Shown piece by piece: positions 62,183-64,000 of a stretch of 64,000 nucleotides of DNA (position 1 is the first letter of the stretch; every line of letters starts with the position of its first letter). This DNA is from the human T2T-CHM13v2.0 reference genome, Homo sapiens: assembly GCF_009914755.1 (NCBI RefSeq), contig NC_060935.1; one strand, written 5' to 3'. The position numbers were made by a program, and so were the translations under genes. Below the pieces are notes generated by a model. The model was given only the letters and a program-made list of their open reading frames with translations. It searched no databases and had not been told where the DNA came from.

Positions 62183-62257
62183 GCGCAGCAGCTTACTGAT
62201 CTGGAACAAAAATTAGCTGTAGCCAAAAATGAACTGGAGAAAGCAGCTCTTGACAGG
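62183..62257 (+). CDS. LUZP2: Internal coding exon of leucine zipper protein 2 (25 codons, AQQLTDLEQKLAVAKNELEKAALDR), phase 0/0
   Basis: Pyrimidine tract and acceptor 'tctcttattttacag' end at 62182; 75 nt open frame with coiled-coil heptad character; strong donor 'AGG|gtaagt' at 62258. The peptide matches my recollection of LUZP2 (...KKDLLFK-AQQLTDLEQKLAVAKNELEKAALDR-ESQMKAM...). Too short for the ORF track. Confidence 0.9.
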
Positions 62258-63169
62258 GTAAGTCTACATTCATGAACCATTACAACTGTAGTTTTAGCAA
62301 AAAAAAAAAAAAAAAAAAAAGTTAAAGTATGCTCATTGCTTTTCTTGATTTATTAATGTGTTTCTAGATGCTGTGTATATAAGATAGTTACAGAATTCAG
62401 GAAGGTTTGATATCTTCTTTGGAATCCAACTATTTCTTTGTTTTTGCTGCTACAGTAAACTGACTGAAGGTTCAGTCTTTGTGAGTTCATGGCTCCATTT
62501 TTCACCTCACTGGTATATTTATTCCATAATACCATGAATAAACATGCTTTAAAGCATCAACTAAGGCACTATGTATTAACTCTAGGTGAATGAGTTATGA
62601 AGCAAAAGGAAGTAATTATTGGCATCAAATTGTTATAACCAGTTTTTGAATGCATGTATCTTATAATTTATACTTATCTATATTTACTTAGAAACATGCA
62701 CAAGAACACTGAATATAGCAATGTTTATATTAATAATAAATGGAAGTAATTTAACTGTTTACTGTAAGATAATTAATGCACCTATTTTTAAATATTTTCT
62801 ATACTCAAATTTGGAAATAGTAATTAAAATATAATATTAACAAATATACATAAATGTGTTTTATCAATATTGATATACCTACAACATATAATGTTCAATG
62901 AGAAAAGCAGAATTATATGTATAATATTTAACAGTTGTTTAAATACACAAAACACATTTTTAAAAATTACATACAATGTAAAAAGATAATGTGTATGTAG
63001 AAATTTGACATGTATATAGAAAGATACAGTCACATAAAATTCATGGATACAATTGCGTTTGGGGAAAAACAGTAAAATAACACCAGGGATGTTTACAAAG
63101 AGCACTTCTGCTGTACCATAAATATTTTATCCTCCAATAATTGTACATATACAAGCAATCTTTAATTCA

Positions 63170-63385
63170 TACACCACATATATGTACATTTTATCCATTA
63201 CATACATGCATTATATATGTATACATGTAAACTTCCATTACATATATGCTTTACATATGTATGTATACATACATTAGATATAGGTAATAAATATATGTAT
63301 GTTGCACATATGCCCATAATATGTATGTATATATACACTATGTTTAACATTATAGAAAATGATATATGTAACAAGTATATATGTA
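63170..63385. repeat. Degenerate (TA/CA/TG) low-complexity tract
   Basis: Directly visible. Confidence 0.7.
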
Positions 63386-64000
63386 TTTTATTATCAAAAT
63401 TTTGCTTTTAACACTTAATTCAGATAGATATTTACTTGATATTTATTATGTTTCTCTCTATCTGCTTCTATTGTTTTTAATTTTTTTTTTAATTAAAGGA
63501 AATACTCTGATGTCAAGGGCTTTCTATTTTTGTGGTCACAGCTTAGTAACCATTTATTTGCGAAAATTAAGCAAGTAAGATGATTGCAATTATAAACTTA
63601 TTTTGCAATAATTCATTTATTTTGCAATAGTACACTGTATACGTTTAGCAATTTTGTAAGGAAAGGAGCTTACCTTCTAACCATCAGTTTGTACCATAGT
63701 TATTTTAGTATAAAATAGAGGGGAGCTTGCCCCCTATTTTGTGAATTAGGTCAAGTATAATTTGTCTTATTAAGATCCCAGCATTATAAGATTTTAAAAA
63801 AATTTATATAAAACAAATTTATACCAATTTAAGCTAATCTCTGACCATATCCAACTTATGCCAATTATTACTTTTAAAAAATGTATATAACTCATTATAA
63901 CATTGGTGGAATCAGAGAATCAGAGGCATATATAATTCTAAAGCTCAAGTAGGCCACCTTTGTTTTAGTCCTTTCTCTGACATTCCTGTACAGTCGCTGC

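Noticed and set aside
63712-63740. Imperfect hairpin aaaatagagggg...ccccctatttt resembling an intrinsic terminator
   Set aside because: Short and imperfect; Rho-independent terminators are not relevant in a mammalian intron.

Overview
Primate (almost certainly human) genomic DNA: AT-rich, repeat-dense and nearly all intronic. The only host coding sequence I can support is one 75-nt, phase-0 exon at 62183-62257 (+), AQQLTDLEQKLAVAKNELEKAALDR, which I recognise as part of LUZP2 (leucine zipper protein 2). The window is therefore >62 kb of one LUZP2 intron plus that exon. The intron holds two full-length antisense LINE-1s with TSDs (an old L1PB, 11309-18974, and a younger L1PA3-like copy, 43332-49498), a twin-primed L1, several solo LTRs (LTR19, two MER4-group, LTR7, an LTR5 remnant, MLT1/MLT2), seven Alus, DNA-transposon fossils (MER2, MER1B, MER5, MER58, Tigger2), and a 3.4-kb AT-rich minisatellite with ordered unit variants. 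Nearly all ORFs in the supplied track are repeat fragments or artefacts. I cannot demonstrate a new biological system. The best lead is the L1PA3-like 5'UTR: its antisense promoter points in the LUZP2 sense direction, and it carries an uninterrupted, extended 153-aa ORF0 with one candidate splice donor in frame with the downstream LUZP2 exon. Repeat subfamily names come from my recollection of consensus sequences and need RepeatMasker/Dfam confirmation.
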